Source: Parcubacteria group bacterium RIFCSPLOWO2_01_FULL_48_18
GTDB lineage: Bacteria; Patescibacteriota; Minisyncoccia; UBA6257; WO2-01-48-18
DNA: 64,000 nucleotides
NCBI GenBank assembly: GCA_001824435.1
Contig: MHXH01000017.1
Coordinates: 335-64,334 of the forward strand
Direction: 5' to 3'
How positions within the stretch are numbered: position 1 is the first letter of the stretch; the number at the start of each line of letters is the position of its first letter. The notes under the pieces are model-generated. The model searched no databases. It had not been told where the DNA came from and saw only the letters and a program-made list of their open reading frames with translations. Shown here in pieces: positions 29,043 to 39,941 of this stretch. The position numbers and the translations under genes are program-made.

Positions 29043-29570
29043 TCAAAATTCAATTCCTAACTTTGCAATCTCGCCGCGGTTGAACGGATGTTTAATCTCA
29101 CACATTTCGGTGACAAGGTCAGCGCGGCGGACAAATGACTTCGGCGCATTCCGGCCGGTCAGAATCACCAGCTTTTCAAATGGCACATATTGAATCGCCA
29201 CGAGCACCTGTTTGGACGAAATCAGTTTCAAGCTCACTGCCACATTCACTTCATCCAAAACAATTACATCCCATCGTCCGCTCCGCAATTCTTTTCTAAA
29301 ATGCGCCAACGCCTTTTGCGCGGCCCTCTTGTGCGCCGAACGCGGCAACTTGTCGCCTAAAATTCCCACAAACCCCAAGCCCATCTTCTGAACCTGGAAC
29401 CTGGAACCTGGAATTTGGAATTTGGTGCCAAAATAGTCTTCGCCGGATTTCCACGGGCCTTTGATGAATTGAATCATAAGCGCCTGGCGGCCGCGGCCAA
29501 GCGCGCGAACCATCTGGCCCAACGCGGCCGTGGTTTTACCCTTTCCATTACCGGTAAAAATAATAACCAT
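29043..29570 (-). CDS. cobO: Cob(I)alamin adenosyltransferase (CobA/CobO/BtuR) with a heptamer-repeat insertion
   Basis: FTGNGKGKTTAALG, QFIKG, VLDEVN, LTGR and KHPF. Confidence 0.9.
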   Translation of the reverse strand: MVIIFTGNGKGKTTAALGQMVRALGRGRQALMIQFIKGPWKSGEDYFGTKFQIPGSRFQVQKMGLGFVGILGDKLPRSAHKRAAQKALAHFRKELRSGRWDVIVLDEVNVAVSLKLISSKQVLVAIQYVPFEKLVILTGRNAPKSFVRRADLVTEMCEIKHPFNRGEIAKLGIEF

Positions 29571-29633
29571 GATGGTATGATAACAAAAAAGCGATGCTCG
29601 CGCGCCGCCCTCACCCACAAGGAGGAATTGAAT

Positions 29634-30704
29634 CTACGCTGCATGCTTGATTTCGATCACATCGCCGTCGCGCACCGCATATTCTTTACCTTCGGTGCGA
29701 ATAAGTCCTCGCTCTCTCGCCTGGCTGAAACCACCGGCATCCATGAGGGTTTTCCAGTTGATTACCTCTGCTTTAATAAAATGCTTGGCAAAGTCTGAAT
29801 GTATTGTTCCGGCAGCGGCCACAGCAGTCGAGCCTTCACAGAGCGTCCACGCCCGTGTTTCATCCTCCCCGGTTGTGAGAAACGTAATCAGATGTAATAT
29901 GTCGTATGCTGTTTTAATGAGTCGATCCAATCTGGATTCTCTGGAAAGACCGAAAGCAACGCGCTCTTCGACTGTCAAACCAGCGGCTTCAAATTCCTCT
30001 TGTACGTCCATACTGATATACGGCCACCCTCGCGTTTGAAATTCGCGAGACGTGCTTTGGGGAATTTCTTTTTCGCGGCCGTTGAGAAGATAGATGCGCG
30101 GCTTCATAGTCAGCAATTGATACCCATTCAGAACGCGGCGCTCTTCCTCGACAAGTCCTTTCTCAAACAATACCTCTCCTTTCTCTAAAAGCTGCAATGC
30201 ATGAGAAAGGATATCGCGTTCCCTCACCGCTTCTTTCTTTCCCCCTTTGATATCCTTTCCTAACCCTTCAATCCGTTTACTGACGGTTTCCACGTCTTTC
30301 AATATCAGTTCCATGTCGAGAATTTCTTTGTCTCGCGAAGGGTCGATGCTCGATTGCGTATTGACGATATTCGGGTCTGAAAAGGCGCGCAACACGTATA
30401 CGATTGCATCCGCTTCCCGGATATTCGCGAGAAATTTATTTCCCAATCCTTCGCCCTGGCTTGCGCCCTTCACCAAACCGGCAATATCCAAAAATTCTAT
30501 GGTGGTACACACTTTCTTGGCCGAGTGCGTCAACTGCGCGAGCACATCCACCCGTTCATCGGGAACCGCAACCACGCCCACGTTCGGATCAATGGTGCAA
30601 AAAGGATAATTCGCCCGGTCAACTTGTTTTTTGGTAATTGCTTGAAACAGCGTCGACTTGCCCACATTGGGCAGACCGACAATGCCGATGGATAATTTGC
30701 TCAT
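29634..30704 (-). CDS. ychF: Redox-regulated ATPase YchF
   Basis: GLPNVGKST, NYPFCTIDPN, DIAGLVKGAS.GEGLGN and AGTIHSDF. Confidence 0.97.
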   Translation of the reverse strand: MSKLSIGIVGLPNVGKSTLFQAITKKQVDRANYPFCTIDPNVGVVAVPDERVDVLAQLTHSAKKVCTTIEFLDIAGLVKGASQGEGLGNKFLANIREADAIVYVLRAFSDPNIVNTQSSIDPSRDKEILDMELILKDVETVSKRIEGLGKDIKGGKKEAVRERDILSHALQLLEKGEVLFEKGLVEEERRVLNGYQLLTMKPRIYLLNGREKEIPQSTSREFQTRGWPYISMDVQEEFEAAGLTVEERVAFGLSRESRLDRLIKTAYDILHLITFLTTGEDETRAWTLCEGSTAVAAAGTIHSDFAKHFIKAEVINWKTLMDAGGFSQARERGLIRTEGKEYAVRDGDVIEIKHAA

Positions 30705-30761
30705 GTGAAGAAGTCTAACGAAAAAGGAAAGCGCCCGCAAGCTGCGGACGCATCTACGCTA

Positions 30762-31400
30762 TTACAGATCGACCTGGTCCCAGACGTTTTCGCTCATCAG
30801 TTGTTCCAACACGCTGTCAGCAATGGTCCGGAATGCCAGATCCTCTAAACCGCTATTTCTGACTCCGTGTTCGCGACATCCCGAGGCAAGAATAGCTCCG
30901 CTCGACGAAACGAGCCGATAACTGAGTTGAAGCCGTCTCCCCTGATACCTATGGATCTTAACTTGAGGTTTAGCAAGAGGCTTCGGCTTCGGTTCCCAGG
31001 TCGGAGAACATTCCCACTTATCCAAGCGATCCAGATGGACCCTCTTGCGAGTTTCATAATCTTCTTTCAATTCAAGCCATTCTTCTTCCTCGACCTCAAC
31101 GCCGTCCTGCACAACCAGCGTACCGACAAGCATGACCTGGATGTCTGCAGCAAGCAGGGCAAACGTTCCCTGTTTCAAGAACTCCATACCGAGCTGCTGA
31201 TCGGCGCTTACGACACGCGCTCCGCGGCTGATAAGTTCTGCCTCAAGATAATGCTCAAGGCTGGTCTTTGAACCGTTCGGTTGGCGGACAAACACCGTTG
31301 CCGACACGTTGCGAAGCGGATATTTCTTCAGAAGTTTACGCTCTTCGTTTTCTCTCTGCCGGAATTTGCGCTTCTCGCGCCACTGCGTAAAAAATCCCAT
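30762..31400 (-). CDS. Hypothetical protein
   Basis: 212-aa ORF with AAGGAG upstream. Confidence 0.65.
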   Translation of the reverse strand: MGFFTQWREKRKFRQRENEERKLLKKYPLRNVSATVFVRQPNGSKTSLEHYLEAELISRGARVVSADQQLGMEFLKQGTFALLAADIQVMLVGTLVVQDGVEVEEEEWLELKEDYETRKRVHLDRLDKWECSPTWEPKPKPLAKPQVKIHRYQGRRLQLSYRLVSSSGAILASGCREHGVRNSGLEDLAFRTIADSVLEQLMSENVWDQVDL

Positions 31401-31627
31401 GTCCCCGTCTCCTTGTTCGTGTCCATGGCGTCACAAGCGCCTTGGCCCACCCGGATTTGGGAGAGCTGGTATTAATATATCAGATTTTTGCGGAAAGGTC
31501 ACGCGCGCGCGCGCACCGTCCGGATACCACCTAAGCTGTTGCATAAAATCTAATATACTTCCACTTACTGCTCCTAAAAATGGATGTTTCCGAACAACGC
31601 CATACCCTGGTACAATTACCATATTCC

Positions 31628-32815
31628 ATGCCGCAAAATTACCAACAGGGGCTAAAAAATAACATATTCGCTTATTATTTCTTTCGAATCTTCAACAAAC
31701 GCGCGTATTTACCCCTTATTCCTGTGTATGCGGTTTCCGTGGCTGGCTTAAGTTTGGCCGAGTTCGGCCTTGTCGCCGCAATCGCCTCGGCTGTTTCGCT
31801 TACCCTCGAAATCCCGAGCGGTTACCTGTCAGACCGAATGGGCCATAAAAAAGCTCTCATGCTCGGTCATTTCATCATGGCGTTATCTCCCCTAGCCTAT
31901 ATCATATGGCCCAATTTTTCGGGAATCCTCTTGGGCGCTGCCGGATATTTCGGGGGCTTTGCATTTCTCTCCGGAACACTCGAGGCGTTTCTTCACGAAA
32001 CGCTTCTGGAGCTCAACCGAGAAGATGAATACAGCAAGATAATGGGACGAACCCAAGCCATCGGACTCTTGGGAAATGTTGTCATCATCTCTCTCATACC
32101 TCTTACGTACTCTATAAATCCCCGAATCCCTTTCTTGTGCGGCGCATTCCTTTTGGGCATCAGTTTTCTGGCAAGCCTTACCCTCACCACTCCCAGAAAA
32201 ACAGCAAAAAGCGTTTCCGAACTCGAGAAAGTCAGTTTTCCCAACCTTCTACGCACGCTCCGTCAAAACAAGCAACAACTCCTTTTTCTCTTGCTGGGCG
32301 TCACGGCGGCGTCCGCTAATAAAATTCCAGACTTTCGGGAAATTTATTTTCAGGAGCTCGGAATTCCAATTCCTTATTTTGGATTTATTCTCGCGCTCGG
32401 CAGCCTACTTGCGGCTTTCGCAAGCTACAATCTCCATAAAATCGAACGGATAAAAGAAAACTGGTATTATGGCCTAAGTTTTACCTTTCTTTTTCTCATT
32501 ACAACGATTTCCGGATTCGTGGAAAATCAATGGCTAGGAATCGGCTTCATGGTTCTTCTCATCATATACGGCCGGAACGAGCTCATGCTCGCCAAAAGCT
32601 ACCTACTTCGAAAATCACCCACGCGAGAACTCAAGGCTACTTATCTTTCTCTCTTGGCTTTTGCCGGAGCGCTAAACGGCATATGGATACCTATTTTATT
32701 GGGATATTTGGCTACCGCATACGGCATACAGCGCGGATATACTTACTTTGGAGAAATAATGTTTTTGGTTACTGGCGTACTTTTTATATTTTTCCTGCGT
32801 TCTCAAAGAAAATGA
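31628..32815 (+). CDS. MFS transporter
   Basis: EIPSGYLSDRMGHK (motif A), SGT..A and about 12 TM segments. Confidence 0.92.
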   Translation: MPQNYQQGLKNNIFAYYFFRIFNKRAYLPLIPVYAVSVAGLSLAEFGLVAAIASAVSLTLEIPSGYLSDRMGHKKALMLGHFIMALSPLAYIIWPNFSGILLGAAGYFGGFAFLSGTLEAFLHETLLELNREDEYSKIMGRTQAIGLLGNVVIISLIPLTYSINPRIPFLCGAFLLGISFLASLTLTTPRKTAKSVSELEKVSFPNLLRTLRQNKQQLLFLLLGVTAASANKIPDFREIYFQELGIPIPYFGFILALGSLLAAFASYNLHKIERIKENWYYGLSFTFLFLITTISGFVENQWLGIGFMVLLIIYGRNELMLAKSYLLRKSPTRELKATYLSLLAFAGALNGIWIPILLGYLATAYGIQRGYTYFGEIMFLVTGVLFIFFLRSQRK

Positions 32816-32842
32816 AATTTCTTACTTCCAATTCCGAGGAGT

Positions 32843-33463
32843 TTAAGATAATAGCACCGCTCGAGCCGGGGCGCCGTCGAGGCCGACAAATTTAAGCGGA
32901 AGGCCGATAAAAGTATAATTGCCGGCTGGCACCTTTGCTAAATCCAAGCCTTCAAAAATCACAATCCCCTTGCCGAGGAGCGACGCATGCGGCCGGAAGT
33001 CTTTGCTGCCGCGCTGTTTTATGGAGAGGGCGTCGATGCCAACGAGTATAACGCCTTTTTCTGCGAGATAATCCGCCGCACCGCCGTCAAGATACACATA
33101 ATCATCGTAAAATTTCTCAAAGCCGCGCAGAGAATTTTTTGTTTTGAATAAAATCCGCTCTCCGACTTTCACTCCTCCGTATTTTTCGAAATCTTCTATA
33201 CGCACCGCATCCGCGCAATGCGTCATATCCAACACGCGGCACGGACCGACAAATGTTTCAAGCGGAATCTGATCCACCGGCATCGCGCCAGTATCCACAT
33301 GCCGCGGGGCATCTACGTGCGTACCCGAATGCGACCCGAAATCAATACGAGAGATATTGCTTGAATCTTTGGGCAACTGATGATGGGGCGCAACCAAAAT
33401 ATCGGGATTTCCCGGGTATATTATTGTGCCGTTTCGGAGAGGTAATGAGATGTCGTAAAACAT
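32843..33463 (-). CDS. Cyclase family metal-dependent hydrolase (KynB-like)
   Basis: HSGTHVDAPRH, VGID and DGAPARA. Confidence 0.92.
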   Translation of the reverse strand: MFYDISLPLRNGTIIYPGNPDILVAPHHQLPKDSSNISRIDFGSHSGTHVDAPRHVDTGAMPVDQIPLETFVGPCRVLDMTHCADAVRIEDFEKYGGVKVGERILFKTKNSLRGFEKFYDDYVYLDGGAADYLAEKGVILVGIDALSIKQRGSKDFRPHASLLGKGIVIFEGLDLAKVPAGNYTFIGLPLKFVGLDGAPARAVLLS

Positions 33464-33465
33464 AA

Positions 33466-34329
33466 TTATTGTGGCACGAAAAATCGGATGGAACGAACCA
33501 TTGTTTCGACTCCCCTGATAAATTCTTCGAATGAGGTCCTTGCAGCCGCATCCATTACCGAATAACCGGCGTTCACGCTGAATTCCAGCATAATCGGAAA
33601 CCTGTCTTTCGCCTCCTCGATAAACGGATGCAGCACCGCATGGGTTCTCCAAAACATTGTATCGGTTCCGCGATCTACCGTGAAGATCGGCCAATCGCCT
33701 GCGGTTTTTTCAGCAATCCCTGGCACACAATTTTCAATTTCTGCGATGTCGCCTTGACCCTCTATCTGCCATACATTCAACAGCCCATCGTATGTCACTT
33801 TTTCCGAATCCGAGATCCATACTTCGTATTTCTTAAGACGCAAATCAAATGCCTTTAACAAGGTTCCACTTGCATACAGCGGCGAGATGACACGAAATAC
33901 TTCTTTGCCCGGCTCTTCCTGCTCAACTTCGCGATCGATTTGAATTCCAGACGGCCGCATCAACTCAAAACCGGAGACGTAATTCCTGTGCGGCCGCCAA
34001 TCTGTTTTTTCTATCGGCAACCCCAATGCAACGCGCTCAAAACAATACCGCTTGTCATCATCCGGCTTCATCTCGGATTCTGCCTTTGCGGCCTCCTCTT
34101 TTGCTGCTGCCGGAGAAACGGAATGCAGTCCTGTATCCCGTGGAGGCGACAAAACAACTACGCTCGTTGAAGCTTGCAATGCAAATTCCTCAAGAGAGTC
34201 ATCCCCGCCCCGCGTTTCTTGCGTTACCGGCGCGACCGTCTCTTGCCGAAACATAAAAATAACGCCTCCTGCCAGCGCCCCTACGCACAGCACCGCAATG
34301 AACAAAACGTATTTCTTGTTCACAAACAT
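33466..34329 (-). CDS. Membrane-anchored hypothetical protein
   Basis: N-terminal TM helix and low-complexity linker; stop adjacent to the next start. Confidence 0.7.
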   Translation of the reverse strand: MFVNKKYVLFIAVLCVGALAGGVIFMFRQETVAPVTQETRGGDDSLEEFALQASTSVVVLSPPRDTGLHSVSPAAAKEEAAKAESEMKPDDDKRYCFERVALGLPIEKTDWRPHRNYVSGFELMRPSGIQIDREVEQEEPGKEVFRVISPLYASGTLLKAFDLRLKKYEVWISDSEKVTYDGLLNVWQIEGQGDIAEIENCVPGIAEKTAGDWPIFTVDRGTDTMFWRTHAVLHPFIEEAKDRFPIMLEFSVNAGYSVMDAAARTSFEEFIRGVETMVRSIRFFVPQ

Positions 34330-34446
34330 ATACGAGTTACGCAGTTAAACATATATTGTTGGGTCGAGGCTTGCCTGCCGGCAGGCAAGCATGTTTTTTG
34401 ATCTTTTCTAACAAAGAAATTATTGTCCTGTGAGCGTTATAGCGGA

Positions 34447-34572
34447 GGAGTGGTCACAAATAAAGGAGGCGAGTAGCGAGCACAGCCTGTTCGAGTCCCG
34501 AGTCCCGACGAAGGAGGGACGAGGTCGAGTTCTGCGCGCAGCGCAGCGAGCCGACTATTATTTGTCCACTCC
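34447..34572. mobile_element. MITE-like palindromic element
   Basis: ggagtggtcacaaataa ... ttatttgtccactcc ends; shares the acaaataa/ttatttgt core with 15438-15618. Confidence 0.5.
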
Positions 34573-34605
34573 GAAGCGTCAAGCGAACAGGATAATAATT
34601 TCGAA

Positions 34606-35496
34606 TCACTTTACCGCATGTCCGCCAAACATATTTCTGAGCGCCGAGAGAACTTTTCCGGTATACGTCGGTTTATCATTCGATTGGACGCGAAATTGAA
34701 ATGCGCCTTCGATAATCGGCACGGGCACGCCCAGTTCATTCGCGATTTTAACGGTCCACTCTCCTTCACCGGTGTGGCCGACGGCCCCTGAAATAGATTC
34801 CAATTCAATGCCGTACTTTTCATAGGCACCTTCTAGCCAGCCAACGAGCCGCGATTCTATGACGCTCCGATGATTATACAAATCCGCAACTTTTTTCAAA
34901 TCCAATTGAAAATCGGATTTTTTCAACAGCCCAAATCCTTCGGCTAATGCCTGCATCATGCCATACTCGATGCCGTTGTGCGCCATTTTCACGAAATGAC
35001 CGGCTCCTGCTTTCCCCACATATGCATACGCGTTCTCCGCGGCAATATCTTTAAACAGGGATTCAAATTTTTTAAATGTTTCCTCCTTTCCGCCAACCAT
35101 CACGCACGCGCCGGTGCGCGCACCCGATGGCCCGCCACTCACTCCTACGTCCAAAAAATCAATCCCCTTCTTTTCCAATTCTCTGGCACGACGAACAGAA
35201 TCTTTATAAAACGAATTTCCCCCATCGATAATCGCGTCATTAGCTTGCAGGTGCGGGGACAATTCATTCAATACTTCGTCCACTACTGCATGCGGCACCA
35301 TGAGCCAGATGAGGCGGGGCGCGGTCAATTGAGCAGCCATGCCTACAAGCGAAAATGACGCGCTGGCGCCGAATCGAACCGCTTCCTGTGTCAATTCGGG
35401 AGACCGATCGTATACAGAAATTTCATAGCCGCGTCCACGCAACCGCTCCACCATATTCAATCCCATTTTCCCAAGTCCTATATATCCGAGTCGCAT
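34606..35496 (-). CDS. gnd: 6-phosphogluconate dehydrogenase, decarboxylating (short type)
   Basis: GLGKMG, IDGGNS, GVSGG, GHFVKMAHNGIEYG and RNMFGGH. Confidence 0.95.
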   Translation of the reverse strand: MRLGYIGLGKMGLNMVERLRGRGYEISVYDRSPELTQEAVRFGASASFSLVGMAAQLTAPRLIWLMVPHAVVDEVLNELSPHLQANDAIIDGGNSFYKDSVRRARELEKKGIDFLDVGVSGGPSGARTGACVMVGGKEETFKKFESLFKDIAAENAYAYVGKAGAGHFVKMAHNGIEYGMMQALAEGFGLLKKSDFQLDLKKVADLYNHRSVIESRLVGWLEGAYEKYGIELESISGAVGHTGEGEWTVKIANELGVPVPIIEGAFQFRVQSNDKPTYTGKVLSALRNMFGGHAVK

Positions 35497-35593
35497 GATT
35501 GGAATATAGAATTTAGAATCTAGAATTTGGAATACCAGCTTCCATGTTCTCAACTTCGGTAAATCCCAGATTCCAGATTCTAAATTCTAGATT

Positions 35594-37012
35594 CTAAACA
35601 ATAGGTCCTGCGCTTCCCGGCTCATACACCAGAAGCGGCACTTCATTATTTTTCCACCCATCAAGGACGCTGTCAATGAATTTCCAACTTGCCATCACCT
35701 CTTCCGTGCTCGCAAATAACGTCTGATCTCCAGAGATACAATCAAGCAGAATTTTCTCGTATGCATCTACGAGTTCGCCGTTTTTCTCGATGCCAGAATA
35801 GTTGAGCGCCAGGGGGCGCTCTTCAAGTTCCATGGCGACGCCCGGGCGCTTTGTCCAAAACGATACCGCAACCTCCTGATTAGGCTGAAGCTGGAAATAC
35901 AACACATTCTGCACGTGGCGGTCCGGCGGACACAAACAAGGATCGACATGTTTGAACGTAACAAATGTCTCTACTACGGATCGATTGAGCCGCTTGCCGC
36001 TTTCAAGATTAAAAGGAACTCCTTCCCAACGAGGATTATCAATAAAAGCTGCCAAGCGAAAATATGTTTCTGTCTTCGAGTCTGGTGACACGCCACCCTC
36101 TTGGCGATAACCGATATATTGCGCCCTTCGCGTATCTCTTTTAAGCTGATCGCGCGAAACAGGTCGAAGCGCATACAGTGCGGCTGCCCGCGCTTTTCTG
36201 ATCTCGCTTGCGACAAATACGGCAGGCCGCTCCATGGCAATGAGAGCGAGCATTTGCAGCATATGATTTTGGCCCACGTCACGAAGCGTTCCGACACGAT
36301 CGTAAAATGCTCCTCTTTCTTCGACTCCGGCTTCTTCAAGCATTTTGATTTCAACCTTTTCGATGGCGCGCCCGTCCCACGAAGATTCAAAAATAGAATT
36401 TGAAAATCTCAATGCCAGGATATTTTGCACCGATTCCTTGGCCAAGTAATGATCGATGCGAAAAACTTGTTCCTCCTTGAACAATTTCCCGAGCATGGCG
36501 TCGAGCCGTTCTGCGGTTTTCAAATCGCTGCCGAACGGTTTTTCCACCAACACGCGAGTCCATCCGGTCTCATCGCTGCACGGCTTCGTTAAACCGGAAT
36601 TCGCCAGATGAGTAAAAATCTCCTCATAGAATTGCGGCGGGACGGCAAGATAAAATAATTTGTTTGAACACATTCCCCATGCTTCGTCTATCGACTCAAG
36701 GTTTCTCGCAAGCGCCGCATAACTGTTCGAATCGGAAAAATTACCTCGTTGATATCTCCACAACTCGGCAAAAGATTCAAAGTCCTTTTTTACGATCCCC
36801 GCCATCCCACCCGAAAAATTTACGGCCATGGAGCGAAAACCATTATCGCCCAGATCCTTCCGCGCAAAGCCGACAATCGCGCATTTATCGGGAAGCCAAC
36901 CGCGATTCCATAAATGAAACAATGCCGGAGTCAATTTTTTCTTCATGAGATCTCCGGTAGCGCCGAATATGGTAAGAACGGTTGGGGCGTTAAAATTTTT
37001 CTTATGGGGCAT
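35594..37012 (-). CDS. zwf: Glucose-6-phosphate dehydrogenase
   Basis: GATGDL, EKPFG, RIDHYLAKE and RDVGQNH. Confidence 0.97.
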   Translation of the reverse strand: MPHKKNFNAPTVLTIFGATGDLMKKKLTPALFHLWNRGWLPDKCAIVGFARKDLGDNGFRSMAVNFSGGMAGIVKKDFESFAELWRYQRGNFSDSNSYAALARNLESIDEAWGMCSNKLFYLAVPPQFYEEIFTHLANSGLTKPCSDETGWTRVLVEKPFGSDLKTAERLDAMLGKLFKEEQVFRIDHYLAKESVQNILALRFSNSIFESSWDGRAIEKVEIKMLEEAGVEERGAFYDRVGTLRDVGQNHMLQMLALIAMERPAVFVASEIRKARAAALYALRPVSRDQLKRDTRRAQYIGYRQEGGVSPDSKTETYFRLAAFIDNPRWEGVPFNLESGKRLNRSVVETFVTFKHVDPCLCPPDRHVQNVLYFQLQPNQEVAVSFWTKRPGVAMELEERPLALNYSGIEKNGELVDAYEKILLDCISGDQTLFASTEEVMASWKFIDSVLDGWKNNEVPLLVYEPGSAGPIV

Positions 37013-37065
37013 GTTCATATTATAATTCATTCTAACAAAAAGATTGCGAAGGTCCTACAAAAACT

Positions 37066-37099
37066 ACATACTATCATACACTGTAGTATGATAGTGTAG
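37066..37099. promoter_or_regulatory. Third copy of the 34-bp TrpR-associated palindrome, upstream of zwf
   Basis: acatactatcatacactgtagtatgatagtgtag. Confidence 0.65.
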
Positions 37100-37244
37100 C
37101 CGAATAATCTTCGTATGGATACACAGAGGATAGGCGGAGATGTGTAATACACAAACAGAAATTGAATAGAGCCCGGTGCCTATAGAAGCACACCGGGCTC
37201 ACTCGTTGGGAGAGGATCAACTGCCTCCTTCCCGAGAAAGACGT

Positions 37245-38498
37245 TTACTCCCCGTCCCTCTCACCTTCATCGGCGTCACCGGCAGCCTGACCGGCAGTCG
37301 ACGGCTGCTCTTCCTCGCGCTGGGAGCGCTTGGAAACGTCGTCTACCACCTTGTTCAGGAATGCCTGGGCGGCCTTCACCTTCAGATCCCGGCCGTCCTC
37401 CTCCACCTCATCGAGAAGAGCGAGCTTTTTGAAGCCGCCCTCCCCGCTGTGGGTGAACCGCCGGGGCTTTCTGTCCTTGCCGCAAAGGCCAAGGAAGAAA
37501 ACCGTTCCGTCGAGTGGATGACGTTCGGGCACGTACACCTTCAGCACGAACCCGCCGCCTTCAGAAGCCTCCTGCTCGAGGAAGACAGGGCCGGACACCG
37601 GCTGCCGACCCGGAACGTCCCACTCGGAAACGTAGCCCTCGGCAAGGCCAATGGCTCCGCTCCGGATGCCCTCGACCGTGACGCCCGCAGTCAGCTTCTT
37701 GCGAAGCTGCTCGATCGAACGGTAACGCTGATTGCGCGCTCGGGCCTTGAGTACCGTGAGCCCATTGAACTGCGCGTAAAACAGCGTAGCCAGCGCAGCC
37801 TTCTGCGGCTCGGCCTTGGCATCGAACCAACGCACGAGGAAGTAGTCGGTCCGGCCGCTCGCGGGGTTATACAACCCCCACGCGTACTTGCCGTCCCGGC
37901 CGTTCAGGCGCTTGTCGGCCTTGATGGCCTCGAGACGCCTGTCGTTGTGCTGTCTCGCCTCCTCCTTGCTGATCCGTTCGGCGAGATCAAGCTCGTCTGA
38001 GCCCCCGGCACCCAGATCGTAGATGCTCTGAGCGTCCCGGATCCCTGCCTCGAACGTAGCCTGGATATCGACCAGGAGCATGAAGGCAGGGGAAACCATC
38101 TTTTCCACGGCCTTCAACTGGCCAATGGCCTCATCGCGATCTCTCTCGGCCTCTGAGATTTCCTGCTGCAGCTTCCCGATTTCTACGGTGGTTTCCGCAG
38201 TTCTCAGGAGACGATTGAGCGTCTCGAGCTCTTGCACAGTCTGGTGGAGGTATTTCGTCCACCCAACCGTGCCCAGGAAAAGCTGGTACAGCTCATCGGC
38301 CGTCCCTGCGTTGTTCGGGTCGATGCCGAACGCAAGCGCGAGATTGCGCTTGTTTCCGGCAATCTCCTCGGTCTTCTCGCGAGCTGCAGAAGCCTGCTCC
38401 CGAACTTGCTCCGAGAGCTTGCGGATCGACTCCCTACGAGCCTTTCTGGCAGCTTCCAGCTGTTCGGGGCTCGCGTTTGAAGCAATCTGCGTACTCAT
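37245..38498 (-). CDS. Hypothetical protein with N-terminal coiled coil
   Basis: Start MSTQI with AGGAGGA; own promoter TTGACT-17-TATAAT at 38726-38698. Confidence 0.75.
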   Translation of the reverse strand: MSTQIASNASPEQLEAARKARRESIRKLSEQVREQASAAREKTEEIAGNKRNLALAFGIDPNNAGTADELYQLFLGTVGWTKYLHQTVQELETLNRLLRTAETTVEIGKLQQEISEAERDRDEAIGQLKAVEKMVSPAFMLLVDIQATFEAGIRDAQSIYDLGAGGSDELDLAERISKEEARQHNDRRLEAIKADKRLNGRDGKYAWGLYNPASGRTDYFLVRWFDAKAEPQKAALATLFYAQFNGLTVLKARARNQRYRSIEQLRKKLTAGVTVEGIRSGAIGLAEGYVSEWDVPGRQPVSGPVFLEQEASEGGGFVLKVYVPERHPLDGTVFFLGLCGKDRKPRRFTHSGEGGFKKLALLDEVEEDGRDLKVKAAQAFLNKVVDDVSKRSQREEEQPSTAGQAAGDADEGERDGE

Positions 38499-38785
38499 AC
38501 TCTTCCTCCTGGCTAAAGATGATGGATGTGAAACAGTGAACGCTCTCCCGACACAATTATGGATGGTTGGTACGAGAGAGTGTGCTGACTCGGAATCCGG
38601 AATATTCTTATCCTCGCTCAGACAAGAATATTCCTCCCATAATAAGGAAAGGAGGCAGTACACTCCCTCGTACACTTAATTCTCAATGAACACCTCTATT
38701 ATACACCCGAACCGCTAAAAAGTCAAGAGCCCCGCAGCCGAAGCCGGGGCTCTGAATATACTTAAAGATTGCCGTGAAAAAGAAC

Positions 38786-39760
38786 TTATGCGCGCGGGAG
38801 CACCTGGATCATGCGCTTAAAACTCATACGCACACCGAGGTTATCCTTGGCGCGAAGAATGGAATTCTGCACCTGATTGCGCAGTTTGTTGGTGAAGGCA
38901 TTCCATCGCCCATAGGCGTTGTTGATTACATAGCCCGGGGCGTGACGCTCCTCTCCGATGCGCTGGTCGATGGACTCAGCGATCGTGATGAACCGTCGAA
39001 GAATCTCGAACTCTTCATCGGTAGCGAGATCAGACCTAATCATCTCCGAGGCGAGAGCCTTACTCATCTCACTGACGACATCCACGATACCCGCGAGGGT
39101 TTCGGGAACATCGAGACCAAGCTCGCGCATCGTCGGAAGCCTCGGCATCTCCGCAACTTCACCGAGAACCACCGGCCAGATGGACCGGAACAGCATCGCC
39201 TCAACATACTCCTGTCCAACGTCCTTTTCGAACTGAGAAGAGTCCATGTCTGGAAGCGCGCCACGTCGCCCTTCGGGAAGATGATCATGAAGTTCCAGAG
39301 GAATCTCCTGGCGTTCGAACTCAAGACGAAGAAGAGTGAAATCTTCGGCGAGCCGATCGGACTCGACGTAATCCCCGCGCATCACGGCCTCAATGATCCC
39401 CTTGGAGAGATCGCTCGACGCGTTACGCGTTCCATGGCCTACGACACCGTACAGCCTCCTGCGGGCCTCAAGGATCTCGCTGACACCACGAAGCATCTCG
39501 TCGAAACGACGATACGTGCCGAAGTCTTTTTCAGGATCAGGAATCGGGAGCTTCACCGTGGGAGGGTTGTACCTCTTGGTGGACGAATGTCCTACCTGCA
39601 TGGAATGACCCCCGGGTCCGCTGTTGCGACCGGAAGGCGCCACAGGCTCAAAAGCAACCGGATCAGGCGTCGAAACAGGATCAGGACTCACGGGAGGACG
39701 ACAACTTTTCGAGCCGGAACGTCCCCACTTGCCAATGCCACGGCGATCAGAATCAGACAT
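38786..39760 (-). CDS. Translin/TRAX (C3PO)-like protein with a disordered N-terminal extension
   Basis: GQEYVEA and LAGIVDVVSEM match the translin-family QEYVEA and YLxGxxDxxGEL motifs; helical. Confidence 0.65.
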   Translation of the reverse strand: MSDSDRRGIGKWGRSGSKSCRPPVSPDPVSTPDPVAFEPVAPSGRNSGPGGHSMQVGHSSTKRYNPPTVKLPIPDPEKDFGTYRRFDEMLRGVSEILEARRRLYGVVGHGTRNASSDLSKGIIEAVMRGDYVESDRLAEDFTLLRLEFERQEIPLELHDHLPEGRRGALPDMDSSQFEKDVGQEYVEAMLFRSIWPVVLGEVAEMPRLPTMRELGLDVPETLAGIVDVVSEMSKALASEMIRSDLATDEEFEILRRFITIAESIDQRIGEERHAPGYVINNAYGRWNAFTNKLRNQVQNSILRAKDNLGVRMSFKRMIQVLPRA

Positions 39761-39941
39761 TGTAATGCTCCTTCCTTGGGATTTCTCCCGTTGAGTTGTG
39801 GGGTGCTGGGAATAAGCTCGAAAGAGCTTATGGCTTGCCACTGCTTATTACAATGACAACCCTTAAACTCTCATTACGTGTCGAAGTTTTTAAAAAATCC
39901 GGGGGAGGGGCGAAGCAGGTGCTTAGCCCCTCCCGTATCAA

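Noticed and set aside
37176-39856. Long plus-strand ORFs 37176-38000 and 38774-39856
   Set aside because: Antisense shadows of minus-strand genes that have SD sites, promoters and recognisable motifs.
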